Part shown: positions 9,301-17,298 of the stretch, piece after piece
Layout of the letters: each line of letters opens with the position of its first letter
Numbering within the stretch: the stretch's first letter is position 1
Assembly: GCA_964352995.1 (NCBI GenBank)
Contig: CAYGUQ010000001.1
Span: forward strand, 1-39,143
Source: an uncultured Rhodobacterales bacterium
GTDB lineage: Bacteria; Pseudomonadota; Alphaproteobacteria; Rhodobacterales; Rhodobacteraceae
Length of the DNA stretch: 39,143 nt
Reading direction: 5' to 3'
The notes under the pieces: model-generated
Seen by the model: the letters and a program-made list of their open reading frames with translations, nothing else
What the model was told of the DNA's origin: nothing
Database searches by the model: none
Program-made: the position numbers and the translations under genes

Positions 9301-9606
9301 ATGTGCCGAATTTTCGCAGGTCAGGATCCGGGAGACTACGAGAGCGAAACGCGCTCTCTCAGGCTGCACGGCCATTGCACCAGCATCCGGCTGGAGCGCG
9401 CTTTCTGGGCGGCGCTGGAGGAGATCGCCGAGGCCGACGGGCTGACGACGCCGCAGTTCATCGGGCGCCTTCATGACGAGGTCATCGAGATGCACGGCGA
9501 GGCGCGCAACTTCACCTCGCTGCTGCGCTGCGCCTGCCTCCTGCATCTGGGCCGCGCGGCGCGCCGGCCGCGCCACAGCGCCGGCGCCGCCCTCGCGGCG
9601 GAGTGA
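9301..9606 (+). CDS. Ribbon-helix-helix (RHH_4-like) DNA-binding protein
   Basis: GGGAG RBS before ATG 9301. TRSLRLHGHCTSIRLERAFWAALEEIA and NFTSLLRCACL. Confidence 0.85.
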   Translation: MCRIFAGQDPGDYESETRSLRLHGHCTSIRLERAFWAALEEIAEADGLTTPQFIGRLHDEVIEMHGEARNFTSLLRCACLLHLGRAARRPRHSAGAALAAE

Positions 9607-9697
9607 CGCTGCGGCGCGACGTATTATCCCGCTACCACCCCGGTCGCTGATGCGGGGGTAGGCTTTCTCCAACGCTGACAGTTCGGGGAGGCCGCCG

Positions 9698-10093
9698 GTG
9701 GCGAAGGCGATACACATGATGATCCGCGTGCTCGAGGAGGCGCGGTCGGTGGCGTTCTACGATCAGGCGTTCGGGCTGAAGATCGCGGACCGCTTCGATT
9801 TCGACTCGTTCACGCTGATCTACCTGCGCAACGCCGAGGCGGATTTCGAGGTCGAGCTGACCGTCAACAAGGGGCGCACGGAGCCGTACGAGCACGGCGA
9901 CGCCTACGGTCACGTCGCCTTCGCGGTCGACGACGTCGACGCCGAGCACGCGCGCTTCCGGGCCGAGGGGCTCAATCCGCGCGACGTCAAGGAGTTCCAT
10001 CGCGACGGCGCGCTGCTGGCGAAGTTCTTCTTCGTCGCCGACCCCGACGGCTACCAGATCGAAGTTCTTCAGAAACACGGCCGCTATCGCTGA
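9698..10093 (+). CDS. VOC family protein, lactoylglutathione lyase (glyoxalase I)-like
   Basis: GGGGAGG RBS and GTG start. HMMIRV, FY-x3-FG, ELTVN, YGHVAFAVDD and FVADPDGYQIEV give the H/E/H/E metal ligands. Confidence 0.88.
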   Translation: MAKAIHMMIRVLEEARSVAFYDQAFGLKIADRFDFDSFTLIYLRNAEADFEVELTVNKGRTEPYEHGDAYGHVAFAVDDVDAEHARFRAEGLNPRDVKEFHRDGALLAKFFFVADPDGYQIEVLQKHGRYR

Positions 10094-10164
10094 GCGGCCC
10101 GACCCAGGAAGCGGCCAGCCCGGCGCAAGACCGGGGCGCGCCGACAGGCCAAGGAGGAAACGCC

Positions 10165-10701
10165 ATGCTGACCCTTGAGCGCCGCGGTATGACGCGGCGC
10201 GCCTTACTCTCGCGAGCGGCGGCGGTTGGGGCCGTCGCCGTCGCCGGACCGGGCTTCATCGCCGCGCCGGACGCCGCGTGGGCCATGGAGACGAAAGCCA
10301 TCGACCCCAAGGCGATGGCCACGCTGCTTCAGATCGCGCGAGACGTCTATCCGCACGACCATGTGGCGGACCGCTTCTACGCCGTCGCCATTCGCGGCCA
10401 TGACGAGGCCGCCGCCGCCAACCCCGCGCACAAGGAGCTGATCGAAGGCGGCGTGGCGGAGCTGGACGCGCTTGCGGAAGGCGAGGGCGCCGCCGGCTAT
10501 GCGGCCATGGGCTGGGAGGCCGACCGCGTCGCGCTGCTGCGGCGGATCGAGGACGGCGGCTTCTTCCAGGCCGTGCGCGGCGGGCTGGTGGTTGGACTCT
10601 ACAACCAGAAAGAGGTGTGGCCGCTCTTCGGCTACGAGGGCGAGTCGTTCTCGGAGGGCGGCTACATCAGCCGCGGCTTCGACGACATCGCGTGGCTGTG
10701 A
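10165..10701 (+). CDS. Tat-exported small subunit, gluconate 2-dehydrogenase subunit-3-like
   Basis: AGGAGG RBS. Twin-arginine signal TRRALL...AAWA. ARDVYPHD, LYNQKEVWPLFGYEG, GGYISRGFDDIAWL. Confidence 0.82.
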   Translation: MLTLERRGMTRRALLSRAAAVGAVAVAGPGFIAAPDAAWAMETKAIDPKAMATLLQIARDVYPHDHVADRFYAVAIRGHDEAAAANPAHKELIEGGVAELDALAEGEGAAGYAAMGWEADRVALLRRIEDGGFFQAVRGGLVVGLYNQKEVWPLFGYEGESFSEGGYISRGFDDIAWL

Positions 10702-10717
10702 GCGGGAGGGTCGAATC

Positions 10718-12289
10718 ATGTCTGCACCTTTTGACCTGAACGACGACAGCGTCGTCGTGATCATCGGCACCGGGGCCGGCGGTGGCACGCTCGCCAACGA
10801 ACTCGCGCAGAAAGGCGTCAGCGTCGTGGCGCTCGAGGCGGGCGGGCGGCACCTGCCGGAGGACTACGTCAACGACGAGTGGGCCGCGTTCTCCCAGCTG
10901 TCATGGCTTGATCCGCGCACGACGTCGGGCGGCTGGCGCGTCGCGAAGGACTTCTCCGGGCTGCCCGCGTGGATCGTGAAGGCGGTCGGCGGCTCCACGG
11001 TCCACTGGGCCGGGGCGAGCCTGCGCTTTCAGCCGCATGAGTGGAAGGCCCGCACGAACTACGGCGCCGTGGAGGGCGCGAACCTGCTCGACTGGCCCGT
11101 CGACGCCGAAGAGATGGCGCCGTTCTACGACGCCGCCGAGAAGAAGATGGGCGTCACGCGCACGAACGGCTGGCCGGGCCTGCCCGGCAACAACAACTTC
11201 AAGGTGTTCGAGAAGGGCGCCAAGGCTCTGGGCTACAAGGAAGTCCATACCGGCCGGATGGCGATCAACTCGGTTGAGCGCGACGGGCGGCCAGCCTGCC
11301 AGCAGACCGGCTTCTGCTTTCAGGGCTGCAAGTGGGGCGCGAAGTGGTCGACCGCCTACACCGAGATCCCGGCGGGAGAGGCGACCGGCAATCTCGAGGT
11401 TCGCGAGAACGCCCAGGCGCTCCAGATCGAGCACGACGCCTCGGGCAAGGTGACGGGCGTCGTCTACGCCGGGCCTGACGGGCAGAGGCTTCGGCAGGCC
11501 GCGCGCGCGGTGTGCGTGGCGGGCAACTCGATCGAAAGCCCACGGCTGCTGCTCAACTCGGCCTCGTCGATGTACCCGGACGGTCTCGCGAACGGATCGG
11601 GGCAGGTCGGGCGCAACTACATGCGCCACCTCACCGCCTCGGTCTACGGCGTCTTCGACAAGCCGGTGAAGATGTGGCGCGGCACCACCATGGCCGGCAT
11701 CATCCAGGACGAGGCGAAGCACGACCCCTCGCGCGGCTTCGTCGCCGGCTACGAGATGGAGACGCTGAGCCTCGGCCTGCCGTTCATGGCGGCGTTTCTC
11801 GACCCCGGCGCCTGGGGGCGCGAGTTCTCCTCGGCGCTTGACGGCTACGAGAACATGGCCGGGATGTGGATCGTCGGCGAGGACATGCCGCAGGAGACGA
11901 ACCGCATCACCCTCAACGCTGACGTCAAGGACCAGTTCGGCCTGCCTGCGCCGAACGTCAACTACACCGATCATCCCAACGATCGGGCGATGCGCGATCA
12001 CGCCTTCCGGCAGGGAGCGGCGATCTATGACGCGGTGGGCGCGACCCGCACCTTCCCGACGCCGCCCTATCCCTCGACCCACAATCTCGGGACGTTGCGG
12101 ATGAGCGAGCGCCCGGAGGACGGCGTGGTGAACCGGTGGGGCAGGTCGCACGAGATCGGCAACCTGTTCGTCTCGGACGGGAGCCAGTTCACCACTGGAG
12201 CCGCCGAGAACCCGACCCTGACGATCGTCGCCCTCGCCATCCGGCAGGCCGATCACATCGCCAGCGAGATGGCTGCCGGTGCCCTCTGA
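10718..12289 (+). CDS. GMC-family FAD oxidoreductase, large subunit
   Basis: GGAGG RBS, ATG at 10718. IIGTGAGGG FAD motif, VGGSTVHW, Cys cluster CQQTGFCFQGC, GQVGRNYM, HNLGTLRM, ENPTLTIVALA. Confidence 0.92.
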   Translation: MSAPFDLNDDSVVVIIGTGAGGGTLANELAQKGVSVVALEAGGRHLPEDYVNDEWAAFSQLSWLDPRTTSGGWRVAKDFSGLPAWIVKAVGGSTVHWAGASLRFQPHEWKARTNYGAVEGANLLDWPVDAEEMAPFYDAAEKKMGVTRTNGWPGLPGNNNFKVFEKGAKALGYKEVHTGRMAINSVERDGRPACQQTGFCFQGCKWGAKWSTAYTEIPAGEATGNLEVRENAQALQIEHDASGKVTGVVYAGPDGQRLRQAARAVCVAGNSIESPRLLLNSASSMYPDGLANGSGQVGRNYMRHLTASVYGVFDKPVKMWRGTTMAGIIQDEAKHDPSRGFVAGYEMETLSLGLPFMAAFLDPGAWGREFSSALDGYENMAGMWIVGEDMPQETNRITLNADVKDQFGLPAPNVNYTDHPNDRAMRDHAFRQGAAIYDAVGATRTFPTPPYPSTHNLGTLRMSERPEDGVVNRWGRSHEIGNLFVSDGSQFTTGAAENPTLTIVALAIRQADHIASEMAAGAL

Positions 12290-12303
12290 CGCCGCTCAGC
12301 AAG

Positions 12304-12329
12304 GCCGGGCCGCCGCGCGGCGGCCCGGC
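12304..12329. terminator. Hairpin between convergent GMC and tpm genes
   Basis: GCCGGGCCGCC-GCGC-GGCGGCCCGGC, 11-bp stem. Confidence 0.5.
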
Positions 12330-12348
12330 GTCCATCTGGAGCCGGCGT

Positions 12349-12981
12349 TCAGGTCAGGAGCCAGACCGCCTCGCTGGCGGCGCAGCGGCCCTTGAGCCCG
12401 CCCGCGACGGGCCGCTCGGCGATCTTGCTCAACGCGTAGCGCCCGGCGTGCAGCCGCGCCATCTCCGCGTCGTCGACCGAGAACGGCGGCCCATCCATCT
12501 CCGACTGGTCGTACTCGAAGCAGATCACGAGTTGAGGCGCCCGCTGCGTCAGCCCGCGCAGATGCGCGGAATAGCGCGTGCGCATGTCCTGGGGCAGGGC
12601 GACGGTCGCCGCCCGGTCATAGACGGCGTCCACGGGCCCCAGCCGCTCGGCGCCAAGCTCGAAGATATCGCCGACGAAGATGTCGACGTTCTCGGCGCTG
12701 AACCTGACGAGCGGCCCTTCGGCGGCGATGTCCGGGGCGCAGCCGAGTTCCTCGAAGAGCTGGCGGACCGCGATCTCGCTCAGTTCGGCGCCCGATACCC
12801 GAAAGCCCTTCGACAGCAGCCACGCGATGTCCCGCGTCTTGCCGCACAGCGGCACGAAGACCCTCGCGCCGGCGGCTGCGCCCAGCGCGCGCCAGTGCGC
12901 GACCAGAAGCTCGTTCGCCTCCGCCTCATGAAAGGCGATCTCGCATTTCTCCCAGCGCTCGCGCCAGAAATCCGCGTCCAT
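12349..12981 (-). CDS. tpm: Thiopurine S-methyltransferase (Se/Te methyltransferase family)
   Basis: MDADFWRERW, RVFVPLCGKTRD, GAELSEIAV, VYDRAA-x2-ALP, GPPFSV. Confidence 0.93.
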   Translation of the reverse strand: MDADFWRERWEKCEIAFHEAEANELLVAHWRALGAAAGARVFVPLCGKTRDIAWLLSKGFRVSGAELSEIAVRQLFEELGCAPDIAAEGPLVRFSAENVDIFVGDIFELGAERLGPVDAVYDRAATVALPQDMRTRYSAHLRGLTQRAPQLVICFEYDQSEMDGPPFSVDDAEMARLHAGRYALSKIAERPVAGGLKGRCAASEAVWLLT

Positions 12982-13049
12982 GGCGAAACTCCAAACCGGT
13001 TGCCGAACCAGCCCTTCACAGTGGATCGAGGCGCGCCGCCCGACGAGTC

Positions 13050-13075
13050 AAAAGGGCCGCGCAACCGCGCGGCCC
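13050..13075 (-). terminator. Rho-independent terminator on the minus strand
   Basis: Minus strand GGGCCGCGC-GGTT-GCGCGGCCC-TTTT, about 50 nt downstream of the small ORF stop. Confidence 0.7.
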
Positions 13076-13123
13076 CCGTGAACTTGCAATGCGTCCGGCC
13101 GGAACGGGCCGGGCCCACGCCTG

Positions 13124-13201
13124 TCAGATGCGGAAAAGAGGCTGCCCTTTCCCGACCGTAACACGCGCATTCCAAGCCAGACGCTGCGAAGTCACTGACA
13201 T
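13124..13201 (-). CDS. Putative small protein, 25 aa (MSVTSQRLAWNARVTVGKGQPLFRI)
   Basis: ATG is directly preceded by GAAAGGAGGTGGTCCA (very strong SD) and followed by a terminator. It lies in an otherwise empty intergenic gap. Confidence 0.55.
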   Translation of the reverse strand: MSVTSQRLAWNARVTVGKGQPLFRI

Positions 13202-13263
13202 TGGACCACCTCCTTTCCGTTGTTGAACCGATGGAACGAGGGTGGGGGCAATCCGCGCCCCGT

Positions 13264-13857
13264 TCAAGCCCGAACAGCAAGACCGCGCGAAATAGCGCGA
13301 TATGGGCCAAGCGCAGCCAGAGCGATCAGCAGTTTGACGCAGAAATCGCCAACTGCGAGACTCACCCAGAACGGCGCGGCGGGACCGACCCCGAGCAGCG
13401 GCGCAGCTTCCAGCGCCCACGGCTCATCCGGCCCCAGAAACGCGGCCTGCGCCGAGAACGCCAGCGTGAAGAAGAGCGCGGTGTCGAGCGCCGAACCCAG
13501 CAGCGACGACGTCAGCGGCGCGCGCCACCACGCGCCAGCCCGCAGCCGGTCGAACACCGCCACGTCGAGAAGCTGAGCGAGCAGGAAGGCTGATCCGGAG
13601 GCGATGGCGATGCGCGGGGTCGCGAGCGCCACCGACAACGCCACCGCCATGGCGAAGCCGACCAGCACCACCCGCCGCGCGGCCGCCGGACCGAAACGCC
13701 GGTTCGTCAGGTCGGTGACGAGGAAAGCGAAGGGATAGGTGAAGGCGCCCCAGGTGAGAAAGTCCCCCACGGGGTACTGCACGAGGATGTTCGACGCCGT
13801 CACAAGCGCCGCCATCGCGGCGACGCCCCACGCGGCCTGCTTCATCGTCTGGGTCAT
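13264..13857 (-). CDS. Queuosine precursor transporter (VUT/YhhQ family)
   Basis: Hydrophobic. ASNILVQYP, LTWGAFTYPFAFLVTDL-x-NRRFG, RIAIASGSAFLLAQLLDVAVF, WWRAPL, DTALFF. ATGA overlap with the HAD gene. Confidence 0.88.
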   Translation of the reverse strand: MTQTMKQAAWGVAAMAALVTASNILVQYPVGDFLTWGAFTYPFAFLVTDLTNRRFGPAAARRVVLVGFAMAVALSVALATPRIAIASGSAFLLAQLLDVAVFDRLRAGAWWRAPLTSSLLGSALDTALFFTLAFSAQAAFLGPDEPWALEAAPLLGVGPAAPFWVSLAVGDFCVKLLIALAALGPYRAISRGLAVRA

Positions 13858-14504
13858 GAGTGCATCTCCTGCAGCGCTGCGTCGATTTCGGCGCGCGTCA
13901 GAAGGCCGACGGCGATCAGCGCCTCGTGAAGGCCCTCGGCCCCGGTGAAATGGTGCCCCTGCCAGCCGCGAGCCTCGGCGGCTGCGATGTTGTAGGGCTT
14001 GTCGTCGGTGAAGAAGAGCGTCTCCGGCGCATGAGGCACCGCCGCCTCCAGCGCCGCATAGATTTCGGGCTCGGGCTTGTTGGCCTTCACTTCGGCGGAC
14101 ACGACGCAGACGTCGAATTCGTTGAGGAAGGGAAACATCTCGCGCGCGATGGCGAGCGTATCCGTGGCGAAGTTCGTCAGGCCGTAGACCGGCGCGCCCT
14201 TCGCCTTGAGAGCGCGCAGGCACGCGACAGAACCCTCGATGGCGGGACCGATCGTCTCCGGCCAGCAGGTCCACCACGCCCTGATGAGGTCGGCGTGTTC
14301 GGGATGCATGGCCGCGTGGCGCTCCACGCCTTCGGGCATCGGCTCGCCGCGATCGAAACGGGCGTTGATCTCCGGCGGCATGATCTCAGCGAAGAAGTGC
14401 GCGCGCGCCGCATCGTCGGGGATGAGTCGCCGATAGAGCGGCGCCGGATCCCATCTGACGAGCACGTCGCCGATGTCGAACACCATCGCCTCAGGCTGCG
14501 CCAT
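13854..14504 (-). CDS. HAD-superfamily phosphatase
   Basis: GAGGAG RBS, ATG 14504. Motif I VFDIGDVL, motif II GLTNF, motif III KPEPEIY, motif IV FTDD. Confidence 0.88.
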   Translation of the reverse strand: MAQPEAMVFDIGDVLVRWDPAPLYRRLIPDDAARAHFFAEIMPPEINARFDRGEPMPEGVERHAAMHPEHADLIRAWWTCWPETIGPAIEGSVACLRALKAKGAPVYGLTNFATDTLAIAREMFPFLNEFDVCVVSAEVKANKPEPEIYAALEAAVPHAPETLFFTDDKPYNIAAAEARGWQGHHFTGAEGLHEALIAVGLLTRAEIDAALQEMHS

Positions 14505-14629
14505 CGCGCCTCTCCTCACCGGTTGCGGGCCCCAAGCGCCGTACCGCGCCGCAGCGCAGCGGGCAAGCGGCTCATGATTGAACGACCGCGCCGCGCATGG
14601 CGGCCATGCGCGGCGCGGCGGCGTTGAAT

Positions 14630-14650
14630 GTTGCAAAACTGTCTTGCAAC
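14630..14650. promoter_or_regulatory. Inverted repeat, probable transcription-factor site in the divergent HAD/DUF1127 promoter region
   Basis: GTTGCAA-N7-TTGCAAC, a perfect 7-bp inverted repeat in an AT-rich patch. It overlaps a CTTG-N17-CATAT promoter-like pattern. Confidence 0.5.
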
Positions 14651-14713
14651 CTACATGTCTATACATATCGAGCGATGCGCTCGCCGGGAAAACTCGCCAG
14701 GGGAGGCGGTCTG

Positions 14714-14977
14714 ATGCGGTCTCACGCGATTCATTGGGTGGATGTGGCGGATATCGTCGGCTCGGTGTGGCGGGCGGCGATCGTCGCATGGCGCGAGGCG
14801 CGCGAGCGACGCCGCGCCGTGGCCGAACTCCGCGGCTTCGACCGGGAGCGGTTGGCCGACCTTGGCATCACCCGCGAGCAGATCGAGGACTACGTCCTGG
14901 GCAGGGCAGCCGCGCGGCCCCGTCTTCGCGCAATAGACGGCGGGGCGCAGGCTGCAGGGCGCTCGCGGGCCGCCTGA
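14714..14977 (+). CDS. DUF1127 (YjiS-like) small Arg-rich protein
   Basis: GGAGG RBS, ATG 14714. WREARERRRAVAELRGFDRERLADLGITREQI matches the DUF1127 core (EL-x2-L/F-x-DR-x-L-x-DLG-x-TR-x2-I). Confidence 0.82.
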   Translation: MRSHAIHWVDVADIVGSVWRAAIVAWREARERRRAVAELRGFDRERLADLGITREQIEDYVLGRAAARPRLRAIDGGAQAAGRSRAA

Positions 14978-15000
14978 AGGAGCAACCCAGCTGAAACTGT

Positions 15001-15062
15001 TGCGGCCGCCTGTCGGGCGGCCGCATCGGTATTCTAAGCAAGCCGGCCGCATGGCCGGCTTG
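15001..15062. terminator. Two tandem hairpins between convergent DUF1127 and icd genes
   Basis: TGCGGCCGCC-TGTCG-GGCGGCCGCA (15001-15025) and CAAGCCGGCC-GCAT-GGCCGGCTTG (15039-15062). Confidence 0.55.
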
Positions 15063-15083
15063 AGCGCGCCATTGCTCGGGCGT

Positions 15084-16298
15084 TCAGCCGGGCAGGGCCT
15101 TGTTGAGGTTCTCGTCGACCTTCTCAAGGAAGCCCATCGTCGTCAGCCACTTCTGATCGGGGCCTACGAGCAGCGCGAGATCCTTGGTCATGTGCCCGGC
15201 CTCGACGGTCTCGACGACGACCCGCTCCAGCGTCTCCGCGAAGGTCAGAAGCGGCTGGTTGTCGTCGAGCTTGGCGCGATGCTTGAGCCCGCCGGTCCAC
15301 GCGTAGATCGACGCGACGGAGTTGGTGGAGGTCTCCTTGCCCGCCTGATGCTGGCGATAATGGCGGGTGACGGTGCCATGGGCGGCCTCGGCCTCCACCG
15401 TCTTGCCGTCCGGCGTCATCAGCACCGAGGTCATCAGGCCGAGCGAGCCGAAGCCCTGCGCCACGGTGTCGGACTGCACGTCGCCGTCATAGTTCTTGCA
15501 GGCCCAGACATAGCCGCCCGACCACTTCATCGCGCAGGCGACCATGTCGTCGATCAGGCGATGCTCGTAGGTGATCTTGGCCTTCTCGAACTTGTCCTTG
15601 AATTCCTCGTCGTAGACCTTCTGGAACAGCTCCATGAAGCGACCGTCATACTGCTTCAGGATGGTGTTCTTGGTGCTGAGATAGACCGGCCAACCCAGCG
15701 AGAGGCCATAGTTCATCGACGCGCGGGCGAAGTCGATGATCGACTGGTCAAGGTTGTACATCGCCATGGCGACGCCCGAGCCAGGCGCGTCGAACACCTC
15801 GCGCTCGATGGTCGTCCCGTCCTCGCCGACGAACTTGATCGTCAGCTTGCCGGCGCAGGGGAACTTGAAGTCGGTCGCGCGATACTGGTCGCCGAAGGCG
15901 TGGCGGCCGACGACGATCGGCTGGGTCCAGCCCGGCACGAGCCGCGGCACGTTCTTGCAGATGATCGGCTGCCGGAAAATCACGCCGCCAAGAATGTTGC
16001 GGATCGTGCCGTTGGGCGAGCGCCACATCTGCTTGAGCTTGAATTCCTCGACCCGGCCTTCGTCGGGCGTGATCGTCGCGCACTTCACGCCGACGCCGTA
16101 CTGCTTGATGGCGTTGGCGGCGTCGACTGTGATCTGATCGTCGGTGGCGTCCCGCGCCTCGACGCCGAGATCGTAGTACTTCAGATCGACGTCGAGGTAG
16201 GGCAGGATCAACTTCTTCTTGATGAAGTCCCAGATGATCCGGGTCATCTCATCGCCGTCGAGTTCGACGACCGGGTTCTGCACCTTGATCTTGCTCAT
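15084..16298 (-). CDS. icd: NADP-dependent isocitrate dehydrogenase
   Basis: [55 protein letters not shown]. Confidence 0.97.
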   Translation of the reverse strand: MSKIKVQNPVVELDGDEMTRIIWDFIKKKLILPYLDVDLKYYDLGVEARDATDDQITVDAANAIKQYGVGVKCATITPDEGRVEEFKLKQMWRSPNGTIRNILGGVIFRQPIICKNVPRLVPGWTQPIVVGRHAFGDQYRATDFKFPCAGKLTIKFVGEDGTTIEREVFDAPGSGVAMAMYNLDQSIIDFARASMNYGLSLGWPVYLSTKNTILKQYDGRFMELFQKVYDEEFKDKFEKAKITYEHRLIDDMVACAMKWSGGYVWACKNYDGDVQSDTVAQGFGSLGLMTSVLMTPDGKTVEAEAAHGTVTRHYRQHQAGKETSTNSVASIYAWTGGLKHRAKLDDNQPLLTFAETLERVVVETVEAGHMTKDLALLVGPDQKWLTTMGFLEKVDENLNKALPG

Positions 16299-16628
16299 CT
16301 GCGCCCCTCTCATGCGGCCCCAGGCCGTGCGCGGCGGACGCTAAGCCGCGGCCTTCTGCGCTGCAAGACGGGCGAATGCGGCGTTTGCGCGCTTGCCGCC
16401 CGTGTCGCCGGGCCCGGCCGCTCCTTGACGGGTGGAGGGCGGTCGGCTGCTCGTCCTGCCGTGATCGGCAGAAAGCCCTCTGCGCTTTCCCGCAATCCCG
16501 AGTTGATCTGAAAATTCTGGCTTTCGCATAAGTAGAAAAATGTCATATGTTATGATGAGGAAAACATGTTTGCGAGTGATTGGATTATATGCTTAAGCTG
16601 CTGAGAGTTAATGCTGGGAGGAAAAAAG

Positions 16629-17174
16629 ATGTATCATGCGAATGTTGCAATCGCGGCAATGTTTTCTGCGTCGCTGCTGGGGGGCGCTGTGCTCGCGGCG
16701 CCGGTTGCATACGATGAAGCGGTCGGCGGCGATCTCGTCGCGGGGATCAGCTTCGCCATCGGCAACGGTCTCACTCTCGACGTCGGCCTGAACACCATCA
16801 CCGGTTCGGCGTCGACGGTTGGTCCCGATACCGGATTCGACAATTTCGGCGTGGTGTTCGGGACAGGCCTGCGGGTCGTCGGCGGTTCGTTCACCGCAAA
16901 CAACACCGGCGCCGGGAACTTCAACATCAATTCGTCGGCTGTGCCGACCACCACGGGCGTCTTCCAGGATGTGCTCGGCCCGGGCGTAAGCAACATCGCG
17001 TTTCTGCCCTTCAACTCCGGATCGGTGTTTCGCGTGAACAACCAGTCGACTTCCCCGGTCGACTAAACCTTCACGTTCAAGGTCGCGCCGGTGCCGCTGC
17101 CGGCGCCAGTCGCGCTGCTCGGCGCCGCTTTGCTCGGCCTCGGCGTCGCCGCACGCAAGGCGCGCCGCGGCTGA
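16629..17174 (+). pseudogene. VPLPA-CTERM (PEP-CTERM-type) exosortase-sorted surface protein interrupted by an in-frame TAA at 17064-17066
   Basis: GGAGG RBS, ATG 16629, signal peptide. After the TAA the same frame continues TFTFKVAP-VPLPAPVALLGAALLGLGVAA-RKARRG-stop (TGA 17172-17174), a complete sorting signal. Confidence 0.8.
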
Positions 17175-17298
17175 AATCGAGCGCCGGCGCGCCCGGCCCT
17201 TGGCGAGGCGCGCCGTCTTCTCCGTGCTTGAGCGCGAAGCGTCCGCTCGACGTCGCCGCACTTGCCGACGTCCCGCGCAGCGGTTAGCTGACGCGCTC

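Noticed and set aside
13202-13217. 16S rRNA gene fragment
   Set aside because: The similarity is limited to 16 nt of the anti-SD tail and the flanks are not rRNA-like. It is better read as an extended SD on the minus strand.
14978-15083. Cuckoo/CcsR-type sRNA repeats downstream of DUF1127
   Set aside because: No CCTCCTCCC loop motifs are present.
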